Positions 10,345 to 20,282 of a stretch of DNA of 64,000 nt are shown here, piece after piece (position 1 is the stretch's first letter; each line of letters begins with the position of its first letter). The translations under genes were made by a program, and so were the position numbers. The notes beneath the pieces were generated by a model, which worked only from the letters and a program-made list of their open reading frames with translations, was not told the DNA's origin and did not search any database. Origin of the DNA: Terriglobia bacterium (lineage in GTDB: Bacteria > Acidobacteriota > Terriglobia > 20CM-2-55-15); the NCBI GenBank assembly GCA_965206125.1, contig CBDBIN010000039.1, positions 10,202 to 74,201 of the forward strand. Reading direction: 5' to 3'.

Positions 10345-11004
10345 TCACCATTGCTCAGCAATCTCTACCTCAATGAGGTTGACAAGATGCTGGAGAGGGC
10401 GAAGGAATCTACCCGACAGGGACGATACCACTACGTCGAGTACGCTCGATTCGCCGACGACCTCGTGATTCTTGTCGACGGTTACCGCCGGTGGCGGTGG
10501 CTTGAGAAAGCCGCATACAAAAGGCTTCTGGAGGAACTGGCCAAGCTCGATGTTGAACTCAATCGTGACAAGACGCGTCGTGTTGACCTCGCAAAGGGCG
10601 AGAGCTTCATCTTTCTGGGGTTTGAGTTCCGCCGTGTGAAAACGCGTCGGGGCAAGTGGGGGGTCAGATATGTGCCGACAATGAAGGCACGCACGAAACT
10701 CCTGCGCCGACTCAAGGAAGTATTCCGGAGCTACCGCTCGCAACCGGTCGAGAGGGTCGTGGACCTGATCAACCCGATCCTGCGTGGATGGGTGAACTAT
10801 TTTCGCGTAGGGATGGCGAGCAGATGCTTCAGTCACATCAAAGATTGGGTCGAGAAGAAGATACGGCGACACCTGATGCAACAGCGCGGCCGTCGGGGAT
10901 TTGGCTGGAAGAGGTGGAGCAGGCAGTGGCCGTATGAGCGACTCGGATTGTTCTCTCAATACCGGGTCCACCATCTCCCGCTGAAAGCGCTCCCCAGTCG
11001 ATAG
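10345..11004 (+). pseudogene. Group II intron reverse transcriptase/maturase, 5-prime truncated
   Basis: Begins mid-RT at SPLLSNLYLNEVD. YARFADDLVIL (YADD) and domain X LINPILRGWVNYFRVG are present. RT domains 0-4 are absent. Confidence 0.8.
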
Positions 11005-11043
11005 GCCACATAAGCCGTGGGTTGAAGGCAACAGGAAAGCGCA

Positions 11044-12186
11044 GTGCGGGAAGGAGCAGCCGACAAGGCTGTCATCCAGCTGGTGGAAGTCCAGCCCTGT
11101 CAATTGCCCGTTTTGGACAGGTAGCGATACCACATCCCGGTCTGGGTAACCAGCCGGGCGATGCGTGGTGTAAACGGCCTGGCCGCCCAGTCGAGAGACT
11201 GCGGTGGGAGCGATCTGGAGGTCTAGCGAGTGTAGGAGCCTGAAGGTTATCGAATGACTGCAGCATCGAAAGTACGCTCCCTGTAGAAGTCGTCTTGCAG
11301 GGGTAAATCCGTGTGTCGAACGTGTTTCCCGTGATGTGAGGCCATTGTCGTTGGGGAAGAAATGGGCAAGCGCACCCGACGGACCCGGCGCGGTATGGGT
11401 CCAAGCACCTACACAAGGATGGCAGAGATAATGTCGGGAAGGGGCACTCTCCAGCAGAGACTTGCAACAACCTGTAAAGACCGGATGACCGAGGTCAAGA
11501 CCGAGGCGTACGGAGGAGGGTGGTCTGGCGCATGAGCCCGTAAGAGCGATGAAGGAGGAGTAATGTCCTCTGAGGCGACCCACGAGGTGGCCCGGGTTGT
11601 GGGTAATGTCCACGCCAGGCAAAGGGGCTCTGAGCACTCGGTGGTCTCGATGATCCCATGGGTTCCCGGACACAGTGCTGGGCAAAATGCTTGTTGGGAG
11701 TCGGGGCGAAGGGACAGGCAAACCAGACGTCGGTGGGGTGTATGTGAGCAGGCACTTCAGCCTCACCGTGTACGGAAAGGCCTGTCGCCGATAGATGGCG
11801 TGCAGGGCCGAGGCCAGAACCGGATTCGGGAAATCCGACCGTCCGGGATCGTAGGGGGGCTTGCGGAAACGTGAACCAAGGTGGAACTAGGAACCCGTTG
11901 CACAACCGAAAGGGTGCAGGTCGGAAACTCTCCACCTAACGTTGCGCGCGCCGCATTTCTATCCCGAAAGCCGCATGCTGCGTTTGACGAGGTGGGAACT
12001 GGAAACGTGGTTACGGGAGCCGGACTGAGGCCCAAAGCGAAAGCAATGGAACAGCCACCCGACCCTACCGATGAGCGGCGACTGGAAACGAAGCCACGGC
12101 GAGGAGTGAGGCACCGGAATCGGCGAAAGCCACCGGCAACAGCTACCTCCTTTGCCTACCGCCACCGCGCCAGTCGTCGACTCTAC
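11044..12186 (+). ncRNA. ORF-less, degenerate group II intron-like RNA (possibly two nested remnants)
   Basis: No credible ORF. GTGCG at 11044 followed by CTGGTGGAAGTCCAG (compare CCGGTGAAAGTCCGG in the 46328 intron). Domain-V-like hairpin 11817-11850. The 3-prime 118 nt (12069-12186) are homologous to the 3-prime tail of the intron at 48198-48315; both end TCGACTCTAC. Confidence 0.4.
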
Positions 12187-12267
12187 AGCAATCTGGTCGC
12201 TACCCTAAGTCCGCCCTCAGGCTGCTCCATATCGCGGTAATGGCGAAAAGACCAGCAGTTATGGCTA

Positions 12268-15200
12268 TTGTCCTGTGGCTCGGGTTTGGCCTGCGGAGTC
12301 GGGGCCCGGGCGCAGGGACGCGAGCTACTTCTGGGGGGCCTAGGGGCGGACATGGAAGTGGACGTCGCGCGGCAGCGTCTGTACGTATCGGTGCCTTCCC
12401 GCAACCAGATCGTTGTTATTTCGACTGAGACCTACGAAATCCTCGAACGGGTAACGGTTGGAACGGGGCCGCGGGGAATTGACATCAGCATCGACGGGAG
12501 CCTGTTGTTCGTTGCACTCGATGGGGGCGGTTCCGTCGTCTTTCTCGATCTGGAAACGTTCAGCTTTAGCAAGGTAGTGATCGGTGCGGAATTGAATAGC
12601 TCACGCACGCGGGACGTGATTGAAGGCCGCCCCGGCCGCGTGTTTGTATCCGCCATCAACGACCGCGGGCCCTCCTACGTCGTAATGATCAATCGTGATG
12701 CGAACAACGCGGCGACACGTGTCGCCGACGGTCGGATCATTTCGTCGTGGCCGGTATTCGCCAGCAGTCCCGACCAGGTCGCTGTATATATCGGAGAGGG
12801 TTTCTCAACGACGACGGACTGGCTTTACAAGCTGGACATTTCCGAAACCCCGGACTCGGGTCCAACGGCAGGACGGATCATACTGCGTAACGTTTTCGGT
12901 TCCGTGTCGGGAACCGAAAAGCTGGCGGTCAGTCCTGACGGAAACTTCATCTATACGGGGAGCGGACAGGTTCTCAGAACGAACTCGTTCATCCAAGTCG
13001 GCAGAGTGGGCAGGGGCGTGCCACGGGTCAGCGATGACGGCTCGCTCGTGTACGTCGCCCAAGTGCCCGATAAGATCTCCGTCTATGAGACGGCTACCTA
13101 TTCCCTGGTTGGTTCGATCACCATACCGTGCCGCATGTCGTCGATCCAGGCCTTCGATATCCTCCCGAACGGAGAAGACTACGTCATTCTGGCCGACGAC
13201 AGCGTGTGCACGGGCAGCCTTACGAGGACGGATCGGGTGGCGCTGGAGGCGTTGTACGATGCGACATACGGTTCGATCATCTGGAAAAACAGCACGAACT
13301 GGAAGACGGCTGCACCGCTGGGCGAGTGGTACGGGGTGACGACAGACGCTGCTGGCCGGGTCACGAAACTGGATCTCAGCGGGAATGAGTTAAAGGGGCG
13401 GATACCGGAGTCACTGGGGAGTCTGTCCAACCTCCAAGAGTTGAATCTACGAGACAACGAGTTGAGGGGGCCGATTCCTGAGGTGCTAAGAATTCTGTCC
13501 AACCTCCAAGTGCTGGATCTCAGTGAGAACGTGTTGGCCGGGCCGGTGCCGGCGTGGTTGAGGAATCTGTCCAACCTTAGAGAGCTATATCTCAGTTTCA
13601 ACGAGTTGAGGGGACCGATACCGGAATCACTGGGGAGCCTCTCCAACCTCCAAATGCTGGTTCTCTCCTACAACTGGGACGTGTCCGGACCGCTCCCGGC
13701 CAGCCTGCGACGGCCGCATCTTCGTGTACTGGATATTGGGGTGACGCAGGCCTGTGCGCCGCCAACCGCTTGGTGGGACTGGGTCCGGACGATCGATTTC
13801 TTCTTAGGAGCGGTGTGCGGGGTGGAGGCGGCTGTGACGATCGACGTGGCGGTCGTGTATACGCCGTCGGCCCGCGAGGCGGCGGGCGGTACTGCTGCGA
13901 TTGAGACGGAGATCGACCTGATGATCGCCGAGACGAACACGGCCTACACCGCGAGCGGGGTACACCACCGCGTGGCGTTGGTAGGCAGGTCCGAGGTGCG
14001 ATACACGGAGACGGGCGATTCTTACATCGATCTGGACCGGCTAAGGGATCCGGGGGATGGACACATGGACGGGGTCCACGCTATGCGCGACCGGACCGGG
14101 GCCGACCTCTTGCATCTAATTTTCAAGCGCGAGAGCGACGTTGCCGTTTTGGGCCTTGCGGAACTCGGCGGCCCGTTCGGCCTTACTTGCCAGGGATGTG
14201 GTGGCGACGTCTTCGCGCATGAGACGGGGCACAACATAGGGCTCCTCCATGATCGGTATGATGAGCGCCGTTTGGGCAAGACGTTGTTGCCACATCCGGC
14301 GTACGGCTATGTGAACCAGCGGGCGTTCGGCGCTTCCACCACTCCGTCCAGTGCTTGGATAACGATCATGGCGTACAATGCACAGTGCGCCGAAGCCGGA
14401 AAAACGTGCTCGAGGTTGCTCCGTTTCTCGAATCCGCGCCAGACCTGGATGGGTGACCGATTGGGCGTGCCCTTACACTCTGGAGGGCAGCGTGTGAGCG
14501 GCCCAGCCGACGCCGCGACGGTCCTCAATGCCACGGGTCTCGCCGTGGCGGCGTGGCGGGGCGGGGTGCCGGGCGTCGCCAATCCGCAGGCGGTTGGGAC
14601 CGAATCGTTTTCAATTCCGGACCGTGGGGGCCGATCAATAACGAGTAGCGGACTGGCGGAGTCTTTGAGAGTGGGCTATGGGCGAATTCGCGCGGACGAG
14701 GGTTCGACCACGCCTTCCGGGATCGCAATCTTTCAATTCAGGGACAGTGACGGTGTCCTGATTTCCGAAGCAGGTGTTCCAGCCGCCGAGCCGGTCCAGG
14801 ATGGGCGGATATTTGTCGAAGTAAACGGGCCGGTCAATACGGGCTTGGCGATCGCCAATCCGAACGACGGGCCAGCCACGATCCGCTTCTATTTCACCGA
14901 CACCAGCGGCACCCGTTTCGCTGACGGCAGCTTCGAACTCAGTGCGCGCCAGCAGACTGCGAAATTCCTGGATCAGGCACCATTCAACGGTGGCCCCTTC
15001 GTATTGGGAACATTTACGTTTACCTCATCGGTGCCGGTCGCTGTCGTCGCCCTACGGGGATTCACCAACGAAGCTGGCGAGTTTCTGATGACGACGCTCC
15101 CGGTTGCGCCCCTGTCATCCACCGTTTCGGATACGGTCTACTTCCCTCATTTTGCCGATGGTAGCGGATGGGCAACCCAGGTCATCCTCGTGAATCCAAC

Positions 15201-16011
15201 AGACCGAACGATCACGGGAACAGTTGGGTTCCTGGGACCCGGGAGCGACACGGCGGCGGTCTCGCCCGTGGTCCTGACGCTGGACGATGGCTCTACGGGA
15301 TCGAACTTCGATTATTCCATTGTTCCCCGCAGTGCCCAGAGATTCACCACCGGGAATCCCACAGGCGGCTTGGCCGTGGGTTCGGTGAGAGCGACACCGG
15401 ACATCGGAAACGCGGCCCCCTCGGGACTCGTTGTCTTTTCTTATGCCTCAGATGGGAAGACCCTTTCGGAATCCGGCGTGCCCGCGTTGCCAAAAGGCTC
15501 GGCATTCCGTCTCTATGTCGAAGCGTCCGGGTCGCCCGGCCAGGAAGGCTCGATCCGAAGCGGACTGGCCATCGCCAACGCGGCGGTCACGTTGAATACC
15601 GTGACTCTGGAGGTGACCCATCTGGATGGATCGCTGGCGGCCCCCCCGGCGACACGATCGCTTCCACCCTCGGGCCAGATTGCCCGTTTCATCGACGAGA
15701 TATTTTCGTTGCCGGACAACTTGTCCGGGGTGCTCCGGGTCACCTCCATGGCCGAAGTGGCCATCGTTGGATTGCGGTTACGCGTCAACGAGAGAGGCGA
15801 ACTGAAGGTAACGACGCCCCCACCATCAAACGAGACGGACCCGTTGACTACGGCGGAGACATTCTTCCCGCATATCGTGGACTCGGGGGGATGGTCCACC
15901 CAGTTGATCCTGTTCAGCGGAACAGCCGGCCAAGCGTCGTCGGGGACATTGCGTTTCATTGACGCGTCCGGACAACCGCTGGATCTGCCCATCACCCCAG
16001 CCCAACCCTGA
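12268..16011 (+). CDS. Multidomain protein: YVTN beta-propeller repeats, plant-type LRRs, reprolysin-like zinc metalloprotease, repeated C-terminal domains
   Basis: NQIVVISTETYEILERVTVGTGPRGIDIS (YVTN). LGSLSNLQELNLRDNELRGPIPE-type 24-residue LRRs. FAHETGHNIGLLHD (HExxHxxGxxH). Paired C-terminal repeats (YFPHFADGSGWATQVILVNP / FFPHIVDSGGWSTQLILFSG). TTG 12268 or ATG 12352; no signal peptide seen. Confidence 0.8.
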   Translation: MSCGSGLACGVGARAQGRELLLGGLGADMEVDVARQRLYVSVPSRNQIVVISTETYEILERVTVGTGPRGIDISIDGSLLFVALDGGGSVVFLDLETFSFSKVVIGAELNSSRTRDVIEGRPGRVFVSAINDRGPSYVVMINRDANNAATRVADGRIISSWPVFASSPDQVAVYIGEGFSTTTDWLYKLDISETPDSGPTAGRIILRNVFGSVSGTEKLAVSPDGNFIYTGSGQVLRTNSFIQVGRVGRGVPRVSDDGSLVYVAQVPDKISVYETATYSLVGSITIPCRMSSIQAFDILPNGEDYVILADDSVCTGSLTRTDRVALEALYDATYGSIIWKNSTNWKTAAPLGEWYGVTTDAAGRVTKLDLSGNELKGRIPESLGSLSNLQELNLRDNELRGPIPEVLRILSNLQVLDLSENVLAGPVPAWLRNLSNLRELYLSFNELRGPIPESLGSLSNLQMLVLSYNWDVSGPLPASLRRPHLRVLDIGVTQACAPPTAWWDWVRTIDFFLGAVCGVEAAVTIDVAVVYTPSAREAAGGTAAIETEIDLMIAETNTAYTASGVHHRVALVGRSEVRYTETGDSYIDLDRLRDPGDGHMDGVHAMRDRTGADLLHLIFKRESDVAVLGLAELGGPFGLTCQGCGGDVFAHETGHNIGLLHDRYDERRLGKTLLPHPAYGYVNQRAFGASTTPSSAWITIMAYNAQCAEAGKTCSRLLRFSNPRQTWMGDRLGVPLHSGGQRVSGPADAATVLNATGLAVAAWRGGVPGVANPQAVGTESFSIPDRGGRSITSSGLAESLRVGYGRIRADEGSTTPSGIAIFQFRDSDGVLISEAGVPAAEPVQDGRIFVEVNGPVNTGLAIANPNDGPATIRFYFTDTSGTRFADGSFELSARQQTAKFLDQAPFNGGPFVLGTFTFTSSVPVAVVALRGFTNEAGEFLMTTLPVAPLSSTVSDTVYFPHFADGSGWATQVILVNPTDRTITGTVGFLGPGSDTAAVSPVVLTLDDGSTGSNFDYSIVPRSAQRFTTGNPTGGLAVGSVRATPDIGNAAPSGLVVFSYASDGKTLSESGVPALPKGSAFRLYVEASGSPGQEGSIRSGLAIANAAVTLNTVTLEVTHLDGSLAAPPATRSLPPSGQIARFIDEIFSLPDNLSGVLRVTSMAEVAIVGLRLRVNERGELKVTTPPPSNETDPLTTAETFFPHIVDSGGWSTQLILFSGTAGQASSGTLRFIDASGQPLDLPITPAQP

Positions 16012-16078
16012 GCGGCTGGGGTGTGTGGGATACCGGCCGCAGTTAGCCGTGACTGGAGAGAAAAGGAGGTAAGTTCTA

Positions 16079-16684
16079 ATGGATCACGCCGAACAGGGTT
16101 CAAGGTCAGCGCTCGATGGTACTGGGCGGCGGCGTGCGGCTCTGGTCGCTGTGCTGTTGGCAGTGGCGTTGGCGGGCGAGGTGGCGGCGCAACCGGCTGG
16201 TCTGTTCACGCCCGTCGAGCAGACCTCGTCCGTGGCCACGGCGCTTGTTTCCCCGACCCCGCCGGATCCACTGACCTTACGTAGCCGGCTGGTCACGATC
16301 GACCTCGGGCATCTCACCCCGTCGACCACCGCGCTCTCGTCAGCTGCCGAGCTCCCGTCGGGCACGCCCGTTCCGGTTGGAGTGCTCCGGTTGAACCTGT
16401 TCGACGAGGCGGTGTTCACGGGCATCGTCGAGCGGATGGCACCCACCTTTTCGGGCGGCTACGTGCTGTCGGGACAGTTGCTGGGCGTCGAGGAGGGCAC
16501 GCTGACGCTGGTGGTGAACGGTGACGTGGTGGCCGGCACGGTTCGGACACTGGAGGCGACTTACCGCATCCGGCCAGCCGGGCCCGGGCTGCACACCGTC
16601 AGCCAGATCGATCCGTCGCAGCTGCAGCCTCTGGGCGAGCCGATACCCCGGCGACCGCCCGGAGGCGGCCCGCCGCCGCGCTGA
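16079..16684 (+). CDS. Signal-peptide protein, probably 3-prime truncated
   Basis: RRRAALVAVLLAVALAGEVAAQ signal-like N-terminus. Ends in a proline/glycine run (PRRPPGGGPPPR) overlapping the convergent 16599..17288 gene. Confidence 0.45.
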   Translation: MDHAEQGSRSALDGTGRRRAALVAVLLAVALAGEVAAQPAGLFTPVEQTSSVATALVSPTPPDPLTLRSRLVTIDLGHLTPSTTALSSAAELPSGTPVPVGVLRLNLFDEAVFTGIVERMAPTFSGGYVLSGQLLGVEEGTLTLVVNGDVVAGTVRTLEATYRIRPAGPGLHTVSQIDPSQLQPLGEPIPRRPPGGGPPPR

Positions 16685-17288
16685 ATCCGTCCGGCGAATA
16701 TACCCCGCATTCTTCAAAGATGTCGAATTGTCTTGCAGGATCAAGATCAAATTCCCTGGCACCTTGGTAGAATTCAGCATAGAAGGCCGAGAATGGCGCA
16801 AGCCGTCGCGCGTATTCATCCAGGTTTGCGACCTTGTACAGGCCGAAGTCTTGCCACGACCAGCGGAGGCTTGAGCCGGGGTGGAATAACTCAGACACGA
16901 GCTCGTTCTTGCCGTCGGCAGCCAGTTCGATGGGTTCGAGGGTCTGGATGAAGTGGCAGACGCTGACATCGTGATTTCCCGGTACGAGCACGAGGCGCTG
17001 GCGGTCGCCTCCGAGCAATCGGTCAGTCAGGGCGGTAAGGAATTGCAGTGCCTCCTGATGTTGCTGGCCTAGATTCGCTTCGTAGTCCTCGGTGCCAGGC
17101 GGAACACCGCGAACGATGTCGCCGCTGACAACGATGATGTCCGGTGAGCGGATAGGGGCGCTGTCGCGTCCGGTGGCGTAACGGGTCCGGTCGTTCTCCA
17201 GGGAGTTTAGGAGAACGTCATTGCGGATCGAGCTCAGTGGCTCACGGTGAAGATCCGAAATCTGGAGAACGCTGACCGACGGGATCAT
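16599..17288 (-). CDS. Calcineurin-like metallophosphoesterase (C-terminal region uncertain or truncated)
   Basis: ISDLH, VVSGDIV and VLVPGNHD motifs in canonical order. The last ~30 codons overlap the convergent gene and look non-native. Confidence 0.65.
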   Translation of the reverse strand: MIPSVSVLQISDLHREPLSSIRNDVLLNSLENDRTRYATGRDSAPIRSPDIIVVSGDIVRGVPPGTEDYEANLGQQHQEALQFLTALTDRLLGGDRQRLVLVPGNHDVSVCHFIQTLEPIELAADGKNELVSELFHPGSSLRWSWQDFGLYKVANLDEYARRLAPFSAFYAEFYQGAREFDLDPARQFDIFEECGVYSPDGFSAAAGRLRAVAGVSARPEAAAATDRSG

Positions 17289-17434
17289 GGTCGGCCTCCG
17301 TCGCGGTCTGAGTAGTCTGATCGGCCCGCGCCGGCACCCGGAGAACCCCCGAAATCGACCCTTAGAGTAATTCTACGAACAAACCTTGCGATGCCCCCTA
17401 CTACACGCTCTTTGTCGGCCGAGCACGCACGGTA

Positions 17435-17737
17435 ATGCAGACCAGTAACCTCACCATATCCCAATGTGTTGCGCGCAACCCTGGAACGCGCGGATTGGCC
17501 CAATTGTCAGGAAACTCGATATATGTGTATGTGAATCCAAATTTGATTACAGGCAACACGCAAGATATGGCAGCATTTCTCCTGCACGAAGGGCTCCATA
17601 ATAATCTGACTGGATTAACCGATAGTGCGCTCATGAGCCAACGCGCCATTCCACTCTTTGTAAGAAACCAGGCAGGTCAAATGGTCCGAAACCCTTCAGC
17701 AGAAATATCCGAACACCTGAAAAGGGAGTGTTTTTGA
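17435..17737 (+). CDS. Small hypothetical protein with HExxH motif
   Basis: 100 aa in a visibly lower-GC stretch. AAFLLHEGLHNNLTG contains HEGLH. Overlaps the next ORF by 10 nt. Confidence 0.4.
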   Translation: MQTSNLTISQCVARNPGTRGLAQLSGNSIYVYVNPNLITGNTQDMAAFLLHEGLHNNLTGLTDSALMSQRAIPLFVRNQAGQMVRNPSAEISEHLKRECF

Positions 17738-18387
17738 GGAAGATTACTTTACTTATGTCAATCAGCTGGTTCCTGTGGCTGTGTTCACTAATCACCGCCG
17801 CCCAAGTAGGCACCCAGCCGGTTTCTACAGTTGCAGTCCTTCCGGTAGATGGGGCTGGCGATGAAATACTTGGAGCAACGATTCAACTGAAAGCACTGGA
17901 AACCGAGGCTTCCCACGTAGTCTATGGCCCGAATTTAGCGATCACGGATGTTGCTCCTGGCCCCTACGAACTTCAGGGCTCAGAAAAGTCTGGCCTATTC
18001 GGTTCAAAACATGTTGTGGTCGATGAAGGTTACAATTTTTTCGTGCTCAAGATGCATGCTGTTATCGAGTTGCCAGGATACTCATGGTTGATTGGCAAAG
18101 TGGCGGCTCCTCCGAGCCTAATCGAGCGCCTATGGGTTAAAGCCGTTAGTCTGTATGGAGGCGTCAGCCCGTATGAACCTGAAGTTGTTTCAGATTCAGT
18201 AGACCAAAGCGGCCGATTCGAGATCAGAAAAGGGATCTATGGTGGCAGATTTGTATTAATGACTTTCCACGGTAGCGATCTCTGCGACATTAGGATTGTC
18301 ACAATGCCTAACTCTGAGGTTGAGATCATCGTATCGGATATCGAACAGTGTCAGATGACCCCAGCGCTTAAACTTCCTCCTCCCTGA
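17728..18387 (+). CDS. Secreted hypothetical protein
   Basis: N-terminal LLMSISWFLWLCSLITAAQ signal-like segment. 219 aa, low GC, no recognised catalytic motif. Confidence 0.5.
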   Translation: MFLRKITLLMSISWFLWLCSLITAAQVGTQPVSTVAVLPVDGAGDEILGATIQLKALETEASHVVYGPNLAITDVAPGPYELQGSEKSGLFGSKHVVVDEGYNFFVLKMHAVIELPGYSWLIGKVAAPPSLIERLWVKAVSLYGGVSPYEPEVVSDSVDQSGRFEIRKGIYGGRFVLMTFHGSDLCDIRIVTMPNSEVEIIVSDIEQCQMTPALKLPPP

Positions 18388-18994
18388 AGCTCTCTACCAG
18401 CACGGTTCTGGATGGCTTGCCCGGCTGAATGAACCGCAAGGTCACGCCGGTTTGTTGAGACTAGAGGTGATTCACGAACTGTCCCGAAACGATGTCCACG
18501 CTGCGCCCTATCGCCCCAGGGGCCTGATCCGGCGGTTGCGGAGTCGGCTTTCTCACCGAGGCCGAGCATTACGCTGGCGCTCGAGAATGTGGCGTCTTGG
18601 CATGCGATGTCGTCCCAGTTGAACATTAGTCTGTTCTGGACAAATATTGCACAAGCAAAATCAGTCGGTTACCGACCACGGAGCCGAGGGGGTTCAATTG
18701 GGAGAGCGCGCCGCCATCTAGTCGGGGTCTCCACCACCGATCAGTCCTGCCAACGGCAGATTGCCGAGCTCACCGCAGGGTCCCGGCCAGCGGTGAAGTG
18801 GTCCGGAGGTGTTTTGACCCGCGATGCCAAGCGGTCAAAAAGTCCAAGGTCGCTTTGCTTCGCTACCATCGTGGTGGGGATGCGGAACGCGCCCGAAGAC
18901 GGAAGCGATACGCGGCCCGTCGCACGACCGCCCCCGCTTGAGACAGAGCCAGTTCCGCCCACGGTAACGCAGGAGACCTCTGAGCTACCCCAAC

Positions 18995-19021
18995 GGCCCG
19001 GCTTCGACCGGGCCTTTTCTT
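18995..19021 (+). terminator. Rho-independent terminator-like hairpin
   Basis: GGCCCGG-CTTCGA-CCGGGCC followed by TTTTCTT. No confident upstream gene assigned. Confidence 0.5.
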
Positions 19022-19391
19022 GGGCAAATCTAGAGAACCAGATTAATCTGGTGATGCTGGGCCTTGTATGTACCGGTGGCGTGGTAGCTTTGCAGTCATG
19101 ATTAAAATTTATTTTCAAATGGATGAGCGAAGCGAAACGACCCGGTGAATGGCAACGGCAACGTCGGACGGAAAACCTCTACCCCATGGCGATATCGGGG
19201 TATACGGTGGCCCGCCGGACCACGGGGTTGCAGAAATAGGCGACAAGCTGTTTGGGGTGATGGCGGAACGGCTGAAAAGTCACGAGCACCCGGTGCCCGA
19301 CCATTACTGGATGCGGAGATTCCCTTCGTCCTCCTGACCGTCCTCAACCTGCGACTGCACGAAAAAGATGAACCGGGAGAAGGGAACGTAG

Positions 19392-19934
19392 ATGGCGATC
19401 AATTGGACGATGGTTTGGTATCAGTGTCCCATTTGGAAGGGATTCGAACAGCAAGCAATGGGCTTCGGCATTGCGGCGGATAAGTTACAGCACGAGATCA
19501 CTGTGTTGGCCCAATCGAAGTCTGGGGACGACGTTCGGATTTCGACGGCAGCCTATACTATCTCCGTCGCGGTGCTGAGAGGGCTGGCAACCGAGTGCGC
19601 CTTAAAGGCTGTCGTCAGGAGGAGCACTGGCGATCATCTACGCATTCACGACCTTGCGAAACTCTATGAAGACCTGCCGGTAGACGTGACGAGCATGATG
19701 GAGAATTTGGTACAAGACCAAGGCATCTTGCCTCTGGAAATTCTAAAACGCCATCGGAACGATTTTGTGGATTGGCGGTACCCTTCACCTGAACCCGTGA
19801 TAAATAACCTGCACGATTTGCAGAAGGTGCTGCGTCTTCTAATTTGGACCCTGCATCACGAGGACTTCATCGCGCTTTGCCCTCAGGACGATAACGGCGG
19901 CTCGCCGCCTCCAGCAGACCAAGTGCCGGAGTGA
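19392..19934 (+). CDS. Hypothetical protein, HEPN-like helical features
   Basis: GLATECALKAVV...RIHDLAKLYEDL and KRHRNDFVDWRY are reminiscent of HEPN-type helical nuclease domains. Weak, by eye only. Confidence 0.4.
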   Translation: MAINWTMVWYQCPIWKGFEQQAMGFGIAADKLQHEITVLAQSKSGDDVRISTAAYTISVAVLRGLATECALKAVVRRSTGDHLRIHDLAKLYEDLPVDVTSMMENLVQDQGILPLEILKRHRNDFVDWRYPSPEPVINNLHDLQKVLRLLIWTLHHEDFIALCPQDDNGGSPPPADQVPE

Positions 19935-20282
19935 ATCTCGGACCACCGCGAACTTTATCTGCCTCAACCGGCTGGTCTGTGATCGCCGGTCGCACCACAA
20001 GGAGCAAGCGAGCAATATGCCAACAGAAATCATCAGAAAGCTGACCGCCCTACTGAACGACGGAATCACAAGCGAGATTAAGGTCGTTTATCTATTGGTT
20101 GGGATTCGGAAACTCATCGAGGCTGGCACGACTGGCTCTAGCTATAGCTAGAGGTGTCCCGGGCTGGGGCAGGTCCGGGGGGGCCGAGACTAGTCTGCCG
20201 GCCCCGCGCACGAGGCGCGAAGCCGGCTTCGCTGCAAGATCAGGAGCCCGTGACCGCAAGGCGCGACGGGCTCCGGGCTACG

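Noticed and set aside
10345-11766. 473-aa minus-strand ORF
   Set aside because: Antisense to a clear RT/maturase fragment and then crosses intron-like non-coding RNA. Pro/Ser/Leu/His-rich with no motifs. Considered an artefact.
18640-18760. tRNA-like or structured RNA signal (GGTTCAATTGGGAG and GC-rich stems)
   Set aside because: I could not fold a cloverleaf with acceptor, anticodon and T arms by eye, and the T-loop consensus is imperfect. Left unannotated pending tRNAscan/Rfam.
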